From NCBI GenBank assembly GCA_034780895.1, contig JAUZTB010000057.1, positions 8,846,021 to 8,910,020 of the forward strand: DNA of 64,000 nucleotides. Reading direction: 5' to 3'. Shown here piece after piece: positions 23,081 through 34,446 of the stretch. Both the position numbers and the translations under genes were made by a program. Below the pieces are notes generated by a model. That model saw only the letters and a program-made list of their open reading frames with translations, was not told where the DNA came from and searched no databases. Source of the stretch: Rhynchobatus australiae (lineage: Eukaryota). The first letter of the stretch is position 1, and each line of letters opens with the position of its first letter.

Positions 23081-24749
23081 CTAATCTATTTGGTTAAAGT
23101 ATGTTTTTTGTGAACAGGAATTTCAATTCCAGTCCCAGAAACTCTTTACCAGGAAAAGTGAACACTGCAAGTCCTCCTGCATCAAGCCCACACGGCAACC
23201 AGCCTCTACAACCAGTTCTAAGTCCACCTATCAACTAACGGTCCAAGTATACGATCTCTTACCAGAATATCTCCCTACAAGCAGCCTCCAACACAAGTCC
23301 TAACCCTGCTCAGTTGATTAGTATCATCCCAACTGCACTCTGACACAGACGAGGAACCAGNNNNNNNNNNNNNNNNNNNNNNNNNNNNNNNNNNNNNNNN
23401 NNNNNNNNNTCATTCAATGGAGAGGAACAACTGCAGGGAGAGGCGCAAGCTTTGGGTAACAAAACCTTTGATGAATTAATTCTTTGGTAATTAAGTAAAA
23501 CTTCATTTCTCCCCCCAATTGTTTCAATAGTAGTTTTGATTTTTTTTTAATTGTTTTGAACATTAAATTCATGATCTGACAGCACTGATGTCAAAGCATT
23601 CCAGCATGGTTTACAATAAGGTTGTGCGCTGCACCAACCCTTGCTGGTGTTATCAAGAAGCTCTCACTAAGGGAACCCATGCAAAAGAGTGGGTTCAATG
23701 GGTGGCAAAGTGCTCACCATTCCCAGGAAATTCTGAGCCAGTGCCTCAATAGGAAATAACTTCAAACAGCAAGAATATTCCATGCAAAATCTATGCTAGC
23801 ATTAAGTGTCCAAACTGGCTTCAGTCCTGGCACAGGAAAAACCTGACCCACGTCACCCCTTTAGTTTTATTTTTAAAAAGACTTTGGGTTCCCCATCTCT
23901 CAGCAGTAATGCAAAAGAAAAAGCCATTAAGGAAACCCTCCAAAAATAATCCTTCACAATACTCCATACATGTACACATCCAAAGAATGTGTGTGTGGCA
24001 TTACAAGTTCTTTAGACACACAGTTGCATGTTCTTTGCAGGACCCTAAGGTTGAACTATTCAGTGAACTTTGATGAATGTAATGTGATGGGGAGGAGGAA
24101 TTTCTATTGACTAACAGAAATGCTCATTAAGAATTCAATTAAGTGAAATCCAGCAGACTAAAATTTCAATCTCCTCCTCTTAAATTGCAAGCTCACTCTC
24201 ATCCCCCTCCCCCATTCTAAGCTCTCCTGCTTTTNNNNNNNNNNNNNNNNNNNNNNNNNNNNNNNNNNNNNNNNNNNNNNNNNNNNNNNNNNNNNNNNNN
24301 NNNNNNNNNNNNNNNNNNNNNNNNNNNNNNNNNNNNNNNNNNNNNNNNNNNNNNNNNNNNNNNNNNNNNNNNNNNNNNNNNNNNNNNNNNNNNNNNNNNN
24401 NNNNNNNNNNNNNNNNNNNNNNNNNNNNNNNNNNNNNNNNNNNNNNNNNNNNNCCGAAGCAGAGTTTGAATGAGGTGATCACAAGAGCCTCTCGTACTGC
24501 AACAGCACTGCAAGGATGCCACAGACACCCGGCTGCCAGACTCTGCTGTAACATCAAAGAGAGAACGAGAGGGATAGAAAAGCCTCCTCCCAACCTTAGT
24601 TTAAAATAACACATTGAAAGCAAGTTCTGGGCCTAGAGGGTGGAGGTACTCGAAGAGGATACTTGTACAGTGTTACTTTGTCAGAATGAAAATGACCAAA
24701 AATCTCATTGCTGAGGCAGAAGAAACTGAGAAGTGCAAAATTAAAGTTA

Positions 24750-25090
24750 TTTAGTGCTCAACAGGGATGCAGGGATGATGTTCCTTTCCTGATTGGGGGG
24801 GGGTGTCTAGGACCAGGGATCAAGTCTCAAGATAAGGTGGTGGTCATTCAGGACAGGCAAGCAACAATTTCAGGATATTTAAAGGAATACAACATGGGCT
24901 GAAAGTGGCACTGAGGTAAGAGATTAGCCACGATTTCAGCGAATGAAGAGCAGAAACAGAACAGCAGAGAAACAGGCCATTCAGTCCACATTTGTGCTGA
25001 ACACGATGCCAATTTAAGTGGCACATCTGCCTGTACGTGGTCTATATCCCTCGATTCCCGACCTGTTCATGTGCCTAAATGCCCCTTAAA
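24750..25090. mobile_element. Tail-to-tail CR1 3' fragments (+ then -)
   Basis: Plus gtgtctaggaccagggatcaagtctcaagataagg...gattagccacgat, then reverse tail cagcagagaaacaggccattcagtcc. Confidence 0.65.
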
Positions 25091-25419
25091 GAGGGAGAAC
25101 GCCCTGCTCCCGCTTCCATTCTTGTATCCTTAAAGGGATCATTCTTGGACTGTACGGGTAAAGGCTACTCCACATCAGAGGCTCCTCCCACCCCACTTGC
25201 AGTTCTCCTCAGCTGTGCCAATACAGAGCTTCCCTGCAAATGTAGCTCAGCTTTCACCTCCACTACTTCTGGTACAAGGATATTCAGGAATGTTCCAGTG
25301 CAGGACTGAGGGACTGCTGCACTGTCTAGGGAGACACCATGTGCATACGATTCCAAGCCAAGGTCCAGCCTCTCAAAAAAAAACCACACACAATGCCATT
25401 TCAAAGAGCTTCAAGAGAA

Positions 25420-25590
25420 TTATCTGCGGAGGGAAATGGACAGTCAATGCTTCAGGTTGAGGACCTTCATCTAAACTGAAAGAGTGAAGAGGAGATAGCT
25501 GGTTTAAAGAGGTGAAGGGAAGGGATGGAGCAGAGCTGGCAAGTGATAGGTGGGTCCAAGTGAGGAGGGGGTGCCAAGCAGACAGCAGAG
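25420..25590 (-). mobile_element. Penelope-like terminal fragment with decayed hammerhead
   Basis: atctgcggagggaaatggacagtcaatgcttcaggttgaggaccttcatctaaactg followed by purine-rich pLTR body. Confidence 0.7.
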
Positions 25591-26904
25591 GGAAGCACCA
25601 TTTCCACTCCTCCCTCCTCCAACCACAGCACTTCAGGATGTCCTGAGGAAGTGCTGCGCAAATGACTCCATGGTGTCAGGTGCTACATTCTCACCTCTCT
25701 GGGTGGAGGCTGCCCAGCCAAGTTGTTTCTGAAGATACATTGAAAGAGCAATGCAAAACAGGTAGCGCAGGCAATTTGTGTCCAGATCACTTCACGCCAA
25801 GTGACTAATAATTGCCAGTCGGAGCCCTAAGCAATGACAACAGCTCATATAACAGTCCTCAATAGACAAAGTTGCTTTCAAAGTCTGACTTGTTCACATC
25901 ACACAAAAAAAGAGACCGTCAAACAGTTATTGGCCTTGTTAAAGGTCTCCCTTTCCATCACTGTTGTCACTCCAGTTTCTGATGCACGTCTCCCTGTTCA
26001 CCTTGCTAAGCAGAAAGAACAGAAAAATTCTGCACACAAGTTTCACGTTTATAAACAAAAAGGCAAACAGAGACCCAAAACAGAAATTATGAAACTCATT
26101 TGGGGATTTAATGGATAAAGTGGGTTTTCAAAAACATATTTCAGAACAGTTTAATGAAACGGATCTTGAAGCAAAACTTACTGTAGAGGCATCCGACTTA
26201 TTATTTAAAATACATAAAATCATTGTTGTTATTCTGTGGAGAAAATAGCGGCAAAAATGCAAATGTGGAGAGTTGAGCATTCCTCTGGGCAAGGGAAACA
26301 GCAGGAATCAGACTAACCAGCACCTGCACACAGTGACACAGACACCAGGGGAGAACAGTCCCTGTAATATTCCAGAGGAGATGAAAGACAGACACAGGGC
26401 CTTATTACTTTCTCAGAATATCCCAAAACCCTTCAAAACCAATTATTTTGAAAATACACTCACCATTGTTAATCCACTCCCACCCCCCCTACACCAATCA
26501 GTAAATCCAAATGACCCAAACCAAACTCTCAATAGGTGGCAGCATCTTGTCAAATGGAACTAAACTACTTTACTCTCCCGTTGTTTTTGTTCAACAGCTG
26601 GCAAGTACTCAATTTGAAACACATCGTACACTTGAAGGGCTTGTTTTCCCCCTCCAGCCTAAGCAGCAATTTCTCCCTGCACATCACACCATCCCCCTTC
26701 CTATCTGTGGCAGCTTTGCAAGCTCATTCTGTGGGGCGGATGGGGGGGTGGTGGGGGCTGGGAGCAGTGGAGGATTTGTTGCCTTCCAGGATTTCAGCAT
26801 AAAGTTCCGCTTTCTCCCTTTGAAACATTATCCCAGGTGGACATTAACACCAGCAACGTCACCAGCTCCTGCCTCAAACTCCAGCCCCTCCTCAGCAATT
26901 ATGG

Positions 26905-27115
26905 AGACAAGAATTGGAGTAGGCCAAGCCCCTCAAGCCTGCTGTCATTTAATAAGATCATGGCTGATTCTATTGTAACCTCATCTCTACAGCCCCATCT
27001 ATTCATAGACTGCTTCCACTGCCCTTCAAGAAGAATTCCAAAGACTCATGACCTTTGGAGAAACAAAAAAATCCTCTCATTTCCATCTTAAATGGACAGA
27101 CACTCATTTTAAGAA
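26905..27115 (-). mobile_element. CR1 3' fragment
   Basis: ggagtaggccaagcccctcaagcctgctgtcatttaataagatcatggctgat. Confidence 0.65.
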
Positions 27116-27129
27116 AAAAAAATGATGAG

Positions 27130-27435
27130 CCACTGGCTCACAGCTCCAGTGTCCCAAGGCCAATCTTGACCTCTGGGGCCATCTGTGTGGTGTTTGAAGG
27201 TTCTCCCTGTGACCATGTGGGTTACCCCGGATGCTCCAGTTTCCTCCCACATCCCAAAAACATGCGGTTTGGTAGGCAAGTTGGCCAATGGACATCACCC
27301 CAAGTGTGTAGATCAGTGGTAGAAGGGGAATTGATGATCATGCAGAAGAATAAAATAGGATTAACATGGGTGGGTGCTCGATGACCAGTACAGACATTGT
27401 GGGCCGAAGAGCCCATTCCATGCTGTATGACTATC
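27130..27435 (+). mobile_element. HE1-like SINE
   Basis: ttctccctgtgaccatgtgggttaccccggatgctccagtttcctcccacatcccaaa and tail gggccgaagagcccattccatgctgtatgactat. Confidence 0.8.
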
Positions 27436-27599
27436 AACCTCTCTCTAGATTCATTCACGAAAAGGAAACAGCCTCTTCACATACATCTGTTCCTCAAAAC
27501 ATTATAGGTTTATATTCCACCCAGACCTTTCACAACCTCCAAACCCACAGATCCTCTGATGCTACTTGCTTAGAATCTGTCCAAATCCTTCACCTTAAA

Positions 27600-28130
27600 A
27601 ATCATTTGTATCTAGTCTTGGCTCAGCCTTCAGCCATTAAACTTGCTTCCACACCTTTGCCAGAGCCTGTTTGAGTGGCCTCCTGGCCAATCTCCCATCT
27701 TCCACACAGTCACTTATTATCCAGGCTTGAAACTACTTTGGCTATTGTCTTCCCCAGTGTCCAACGTCACATTATCAGATTTTTACTTACCGAAGAGAAA
27801 GTTCCAAAATGTTAATTGTTTCTCTTTCCACAGATGCCGCCTGGTGTACAGAGTTCTTGCACCATTCTGCTTTTAGTTCACATCCTGTGTTCAAACACTC
27901 TTGCAGCCTGTACAATTCATGGCTCTGCAATCTCTTCCAGACTAGCAACTTCTGCAGAACTCCCAATTTCTCACTGATCCATCAAACACTCCCTCCATCC
28001 ACTTGTTTAACCAAGCTTCACAAAAGAATGCTCTCTCCCCCCCATTTCTCACCACTTTCCTCTGATCCTATTTAAAGGCCACCTATGACCAAGCTTTCAG
28101 TCATCTCTTTGGGTCAGCACCAATCTTTAT
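27600..28130 (+). mobile_element. Degenerate L2-type fragment interrupted by a Penelope terminus (~27785-27875)
   Basis: ctcctggccaatctcccatcttccaca (LLANLPSS) L2-like; ctctttccacagatgccgcctgg insert. Confidence 0.45.
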
Positions 28131-28442
28131 CCAATTGTCCCTCCATTTTTGAGGTCCCAAGTCCTTCAAATTGGTCTCACTGCTTCCATGCAAGCCAATG
28201 GTCTAAGCTCCAAGTTCACCTGCACCTGTTCCCCCACAACAACCCTATCCACCTGTAATATGTCACCAGAAATTCAGTAGTGATTTATATCCATGTAACT
28301 TTGTCCAGAAGTTAAAACCGAGATTATTATTCCACACCACAAAGCTTTCAGATTTTATAAATGAACCAAATTAAACACAAAGAGGGACCATATTTAAACC
28401 AGTGTTCATCATTACTCTGCCAATTTACAGGGCTCACCATTC

Positions 28443-28670
28443 AGAATCATAGACTAATACATCACAGGAACAGGTCCTTCAGCCCATCTCATCTGTGCCA
28501 TCCAAGGTGCCTACCTGAGCTAGTCCCATTTGTCTGTGTTTGGCCCATACCCCTCCAAACCTTTCCTATCCATGTACCCGTCCAAATGTCTTGTAAACAT
28601 TGCAATTATACCTGCCTCAACCACTTCTGGCAGCTCACTGCACATTATCCACCACTTCCCACGTGGAAAA
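28443..28670 (-). mobile_element. CR1 3' fragment
   Basis: Minus ORF SELPEVVEAGIIAMFTRHLDGYMDRKGLEGYGPNTDKWD. Confidence 0.85.
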
Positions 28671-30119
28671 NNNNNNNNNNNNNNNNNNNNNNNNNNNNNN
28701 NNNNNNNNNNNNNNNNNNNNNNNNNNNNNNNNNNNNNNNNNNNNNNNNNNNNNNNNNNNNNNNNNNNCCCCCAGTGTTAGAACAGTTCCTTCCCTTCCAG
28801 TACCGTAAATGGAGCCTATTGTTGCAGCCAAACCCTCCACCTCCCACCCACTCACTAAATCAGTCAGGCTTCACGCCAGGTCTTCATCAAGTAAATGTGA
28901 CCAAGATCACCAAGAACCGCATTTCTCGCGAGGATTAAAACCAAAGATTAGGATTTTAAATTTAAATTCTTTGTGGATTCTAAAGAATGATCAGCTTCCA
29001 GAATCAAAGGAATGGAAGTTGGAGAAATGTAAAATGGATAAATACCATAAAAATTAAGTGCACAAGTCATTCTGAGGATTGTTTTGGAGGGGTGCAAGAA
29101 AATGCAACTTTTACACTGGTGTACATCACGTTAATCACAGGTTGCAACATCAGCTGGAGCTGGTTGGCTTGTCACTTTGACCCCAACCACCACCACCCCA
29201 CCCCCCACTGCAAACTGACCTCTCCCACTACTGCAAGGCACAGTCATCCTGCCTGAACGGTGTGTGGAAGCAGAGTGCAGGATTCACCCATCTGACCTTC
29301 CCTACTGAACTCCACGACTGGAGATCAAGTCTCTCTNNNNNNNNNNNNNNNNNNNNNNNNNNNNNNNNNNNNNNNNNNNNNNNNNNNNNNNNNNNNNNNN
29401 NNNNNNNNGTTGAGGGGGAATGGAATGTACCAGTGAGGGGAGGAAAGGTGAAGGGGTAAGAGGGCAGGAGCCAGGGAGACAAAAGGAAAAGGAAAAGTCA
29501 AGGAGAGGGAGGAAGAGAGCTTTGAGAGCAAGCCGTGGTTCCTCTCTCCTCAAGCCTTTATTCTCTCAAACCCAGCCTGTACACACTGGCTCGGCATCTC
29601 CCTGCCCTCCTGCTTTGCAGTTCTCCTGTGCATACATTTCCCAGGATGTATCTGCACCCACTGCTGTACTGAAAGCCCACTGTACTTACCTATCCTGGCA
29701 AGGACACAAGTTCCACTTTCCAAGCCTGCCATCTGGGCCACAGTTTCTCTCATCACATGTACTACTTTGTAAAGTGATGGATCTCAGTCATGTGGACAGA
29801 CAAGATCACCAAAAGATGACAAGGATTAACAAAAAAAAATTCCCAAGCGGAGTGAAGCGACTTGTACACCAGATTTTACAGTAAAGTGGTGTCAGTCGCC
29901 ACTTCTATTGAAATTGTAAACACACACACAATAACACACTTACGATGTTTGCTATGGACACCAGGATTCTTCCCTTAGTTCTCATGCACACGGCAGTCTG
30001 ATTATCTCTCAGCTTTTCTTGTTCGTTGTGAAAGTGAAAATAATTTTTTTTTTTGGAAACAATTTTAAAACACTCCTGAAGAGTCTAGAATGAGAGTAAG
30101 GAAAGCAGCAAACAACATT

Positions 30120-30285
30120 TTGACTGAAATTCTAACCAAAACTAAAACTAAAATGTCACTAGAATCTGTGAACAAAGACTAAACTAAAACTAAAACTAAA
30201 GTTTCTTCCAGAGACTATGAGACTAAAACTCAAGGCCCACGGACTAGGAACTAAAAATGAAATTTCTAGAACTAGAACATCACTG
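30120..30285. repeat. AAAACT/GACTAA-rich segment, probable subterminal end of a hAT-like DNA transposon
   Basis: aaaactaaaactaaaa, gactaaactaaaactaaaactaaa, gactatgagactaaaact; ends aacatcactg. Confidence 0.5.
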
Positions 30286-30794
30286 TCCTCCACTATCTCA
30301 CCTAGATGATCGTTCTACAAGAAGGAGCCTTGTCAAGCTGCCTCCAAGTCCGGTTGCTGTGGAAACCGTTCACAAAGGGTGGGGGGAGGGAAAGGGAATG
30401 GATTCCACATCAGCCGAAACAGGAATTGCAACTGCACAGGAGCCGCTGCTATTGTGAACCCTCTCCCCCTTCTGAAGGGGAAGTATTTGATGGACTGAAA
30501 TTCCAGAAGGGACCAGGTACCCTCCCATATGGGTAAATCTGGGGTCAAGGAGATCCAATTGGGTATCTGGTTATGGTGGGTAGAGTTCCTCTCAATCTAA
30601 ACCTCCCCGTCCCTCTAGTAAGGTTCCCACCTGCACACGCTCTCTGGGAAGCGTCACCACATGGTGACCAGAAATGGGAACAACAGATAGTATTGCCCTG
30701 CCTGATAGAATCTGACTGACTGCAGCACTTCCAACTTAAACCTCCAACCTTGCTGTTGTCTTCACCATCATTACTTCATCTCGCCAAAGACAGG

Positions 30795-31220
30795 ACACAG
30801 GTAATAGGAGCAAGCAGAAGCCATTTCATGGCCAATCTTCTATTTCTACCCCTACCCCTTGCCCACATCCCTCAACTCCATTATCCAAACATTAACATTA
30901 GCTTTGGATGGAGCCAATGACCAAGGTTCCACAGATCTCCAGGGGGAGAATTCCAAAGATGTGCACCCCCCCCAGAGTGAAGAAATTTCACCTCCATTCA
31001 GTTCTAAATGGTCAACCCCTTATTTTGAGACTGTAACCCTTTGTTCTAGATTCCTCAAATGAGGGAAAATATCTTTGTATTCCTCCTGTGGGGTCCTCCA
31101 AGGAAACTTGCAAGTTTTGATGCGATCACCTCACCTAGTAAACTCTAATGCACTGAGGCCCAGGCAATTCAATCTCTGCTCATACGAGACTTGCCATACA
31201 AGAAACCAGCCCGCTGAGAG
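30795..31220 (-). mobile_element. Old CR1 3' fragment
   Basis: aataggagcaagcagaagccatt...gagaattccaaagat...gagtgaagaaatttc. Confidence 0.65.
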
Positions 31221-32239
31221 AGAGAGAGGAGAGGCTGAGCAAGTTGGGCAGATGGTCCCCACTGCCCACAGTGGGCAGCTGCAACTCCCCCGGAGGTAGG
31301 AGGAAGTCAGTGCAGGCTGTCAAGATCTGAGACAAACAAGTATAACAAAATCCATTGTTGCTGACTGGGACCAATTCTAGATGGTTATGCAGTTTTGAAA
31401 CATGCCATGTACTCTACCACCAGCCGCAGGACTCTCCAATCAGCAGTGCTATTGTGAATGTCAGGTTAATTTCACCAGGCCAATATTCCATCCAGTAGGG
31501 CAGACCACCCTACTCATGGGTGGTTCACCCAGATGCGCTGACCATGAACGCCCATGGTGGGACACCACAACTTTCCAGCCAGTGCACTACCAGGCCCAAG
31601 AGCAACATAGGGATCTCAGGAAAAGCCCGATGCCTAATTGCTAGCTGCAAGGAGGCAGGGCCCAAATGCCCTTCACAACTGCTGCAGCTCATCAGGGTCT
31701 TCTTCTATTGTATTATCCCAAGCAGAGCAAGGATCCGTGCAGGAGGATAACAAACTCAATATGGTTCACAAGGCAGTTTCATCTCCACTGGCCTACAAAC
31801 TCGCACTCGAACCCCTGCCAAATTCTACTTTCATATCGTTTTGTTACGCTCAAGTAGACAACCTCCACAGGCCATCCTCAGACACATTCCAACTGAGGGA
31901 ATGTGCCTCATCTCCCATACCATTTTGAAGGGTTAGTCCTACAAATATTAGCCCCTTCTCTCTACAACATTCTCCACAAAACCTGTGCAGCAAGAGCACT
32001 CCCCGAAAAGCACCCTCCACATCTACAACAGGCATTCCCTTAACTGTACCTACAGCTACTTCCACACTCACATTTCATCTAACTGTACCTACTGCTACTC
32101 TCACCCACACAGTCATTCCCTCTGCTCAGTGAAGATCTCAAACACTGCCACTTGTATTCAAGAGCACCAGATACAAAAAGCGATACTCCTTAACCTTTGG
32201 GTTGTAAGATCTGGGGAAAATCATCCAGGAATTTAAATG

Positions 32240-32830
32240 TCACTGTTGAACTGCAAAACTAGATTTGTTTCATTTATTTTGAGCATTTAAGTTCTTTATT
32301 TTAAATCTAAACCTTGTTAAAATAAATTTCTGACCAGCTCCACAACAGGGCCTCAGTAGAAAGGGGGTCCTGAGACTTTAATCTGACAAAAGGATTTGCA
32401 ATTCCTTTTATTAGCTCTTGGAGCAACACAAAAGAGCCCAGCAATCCGTTGTTAAATCTGATGATCCCCACGCTCCCATTGGCCCACTGGTAAGTGCTCA
32501 CTGCTCCTAATTTGTTTCCTAAAGCTGTCCGAGGAGCCATGGAAACAGAGGAGATTAATAAACCGTGGGGCAGCTGACCAATCGGGAGGGGACGGTGTGT
32601 GGCGGCTGGGGCTGGACAGTCATCTCAGACAGTTGAAGGTAAGTCTGAGTGGCAGCAATTCTCCTCGTGCCCATTGCTCTCGCAGTCCCCTGGAGAGTTT
32701 GCCGGAGAGTTTGCCTATTCTCCTGTCACTTCTGACTGGCTTGCGTGCCAGCGCTGAATTGAGGCCCAAACAAAAGAACCTGTGTGTGACTGCTCCTCTC
32801 ATCTGGTCGCCATGGTGACAGTGGCACCAA
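32240..32830. promoter_or_regulatory. Candidate neural enhancer / bidirectional element at the start of MSI1 intron 6
   Basis: Repeat-free; GACAAAAG plus ATTTGCAA (32385-32401), X-box-like GGAGCCATGGAAAC (32533-32546) and GTCGCCATGGTGAC (32806-32819), CCAAT (32578). Confidence 0.5.
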
Positions 32831-33150
32831 CCGGGGAAGGTTGGGATGGTGGTTAGAGGGGAGGAGGCCGAGAGTTGGGAGTGGAGGGGTTGTGACGAGG
32901 GGGGTGGGGGTGAAATTGGGGGAGGGGGCAGCGGCCCCAAATGCAGCTGCTCAATTAACAAGACTAAAAAGACAAGCACCGAGAACCCTTCTCACCTTAT
33001 TCTGGGGGGGGTGGGGAAGAATTGCAGGAGAACTTCATGCTTAACCTGGAAAAATCTGCAGCAAGAAAAAACGGAGTGACCCAGATTCGAGGATGGATCC
33101 GAACACAAAATAATGAATGCACGCAGCAGCCAGGCTCACGTTTCGCTCAC

Positions 33151-33243
33151 CTTTCCAAACTGGTCGAAATACTGCTTGACATCCTCCACCGTGGTATTCA
33201 CAGACAATCCACCCACAAAGATCTTCTTTGTTCTGGTCACCAT
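33151..33243 (-). CDS. MSI1: Internal coding exon (93 bp, phase 0/0) of Musashi RNA-binding protein 1: linker plus start of RRM2, equivalent to mammalian exon 6
   Basis: Reverse complement translates [31 protein letters not shown], containing RNP2 [14 protein letters not shown] is MSI1-type (MSI2 has SANTVVED). Acceptor ctttaac...ctgtttccttcctgatag|ATG and donor GGAAAG|gtgagc. Confidence 0.95.
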
Positions 33244-33974
33244 CTATCAGGAAGGAAACAGGTTCGGGTTAAAGTGGCCGTGTTTCTCTGATGTACCCAT
33301 CCAGACCATCTAAAAGTCAGCCACTGTTACCCTACAGGACAACACGCACACTGCTCTCTCGTCACTGACTACACTCAAGTGACCTGAAGCTAAAAGGAAG
33401 AACTTTCACTGCTGCTGCACATTTTGCCCCAAAGTTTATAACTCTAGTACCTCCAAAGTGCAGGAGTTGATGTAATTCAGCAATGACCAATTTACACACT
33501 GCCAGCTCCCACAAACGGCACTTCAATAACGACCGCAGTTCAGTTCCCATGGCAAGGAATGAAGCCTCGAAATTTTTCTGCTCACCCCAAGGTTAAGCTT
33601 GAGCTTTGGCCCCTCCTGGATGCAGCAAAAGGGAGCAACACACAGCCAATTCCCTGCCCCCTTCCAAATGAGATCAGTTCCTTGGACTTGTAAACAAGCT
33701 GTACCCACTGGAAGGGGCTCAAGATCCTTAACAGCCCCAATGTGTTTTGGGGGGGGGAGGGTTTAAATAAGGAACGAAAAGAATCATACTCCCACACATC
33801 AGCTAATGACTGCTCACAGAAGGGCTTTATGGGTCCCTGGATGATGGGAAGGGAATTCACAAGATTTGAAGTGCAGTGAATCACACAACAGATTTAGCAA
33901 CTGACGCCAGAGGCTGAACATCAGCTCTCAGACACTCATCCCCCACTGGATCACAACCCACCACTGAGCGGAGT

Positions 33975-34160
33975 CAGAAAAACAGTATGCAAACAGGTCC
34001 TTCAGCCCATCAAGTCTGTGCTGGCCATCAACATTAAATCCCAATTTATAGTCTCACATCCTTGTTGACTCTTCTCTTCCACCCCCCCCCTCCCCGATTC
34101 TACCCCTCATCCAAGGGACAACTTACAACCAATTAACCTGCAAGTCCTCATATCTTTGGG
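33975..34160 (-). mobile_element. Partial HE1-like SINE (tail and body)
   Basis: aaacaggtccttcagcccatcaagtctgtgctggccatca...caattaacct...tctttggg. Confidence 0.6.
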
Positions 34161-34329
34161 AACATCAAGCCAGTTGTCTCCAAGGCACTCATTGACCTCA
34201 ATTCCTTGAGAAATCTTCCCTCAAAGGCTTAAATACATCGACCCCGCACAGCCCACTTCCACCTCTTCCAACATCCACAAGCAGGATTGCGCTAGTTGAA
34301 CCATTATTTCAACTAATCCTACAGTACTT

Positions 34330-34446
34330 GTATTGTAGCGGAGAGCGTAACGCTATTACAGCGCCAGCCACCCGGGTTCAATTCCGGCCACTGTCTGTAA
34401 GGAGTTTGTATGTTCTCCCCGTGTCTGCGTGGGTTTCCTCCGGGTG
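34330..34446 (+). mobile_element. Young HE1-like SINE head running into a gap
   Basis: tgtagcggagagcgtaacgctattacagcgccagccacccgggttcaattccggcc...aggagtttgtatgttctccccgtgtctgcgtgggtttcctccgggtg; near-identical to 56145-56302. Confidence 0.85.

Noticed and set aside
32620-32979. Proline-rich minus-strand ORF near the MSI1 exon
   Set aside because: Prolines come from G/C homopolymer runs; no similarity to Musashi sequence.
33151-33243. Assignment to MSI2 or hnRNP A/B/D
   Set aside because: [14 protein letters not shown] is Musashi-specific and VNTTVED matches MSI1 rather than MSI2 (ANTVVED).
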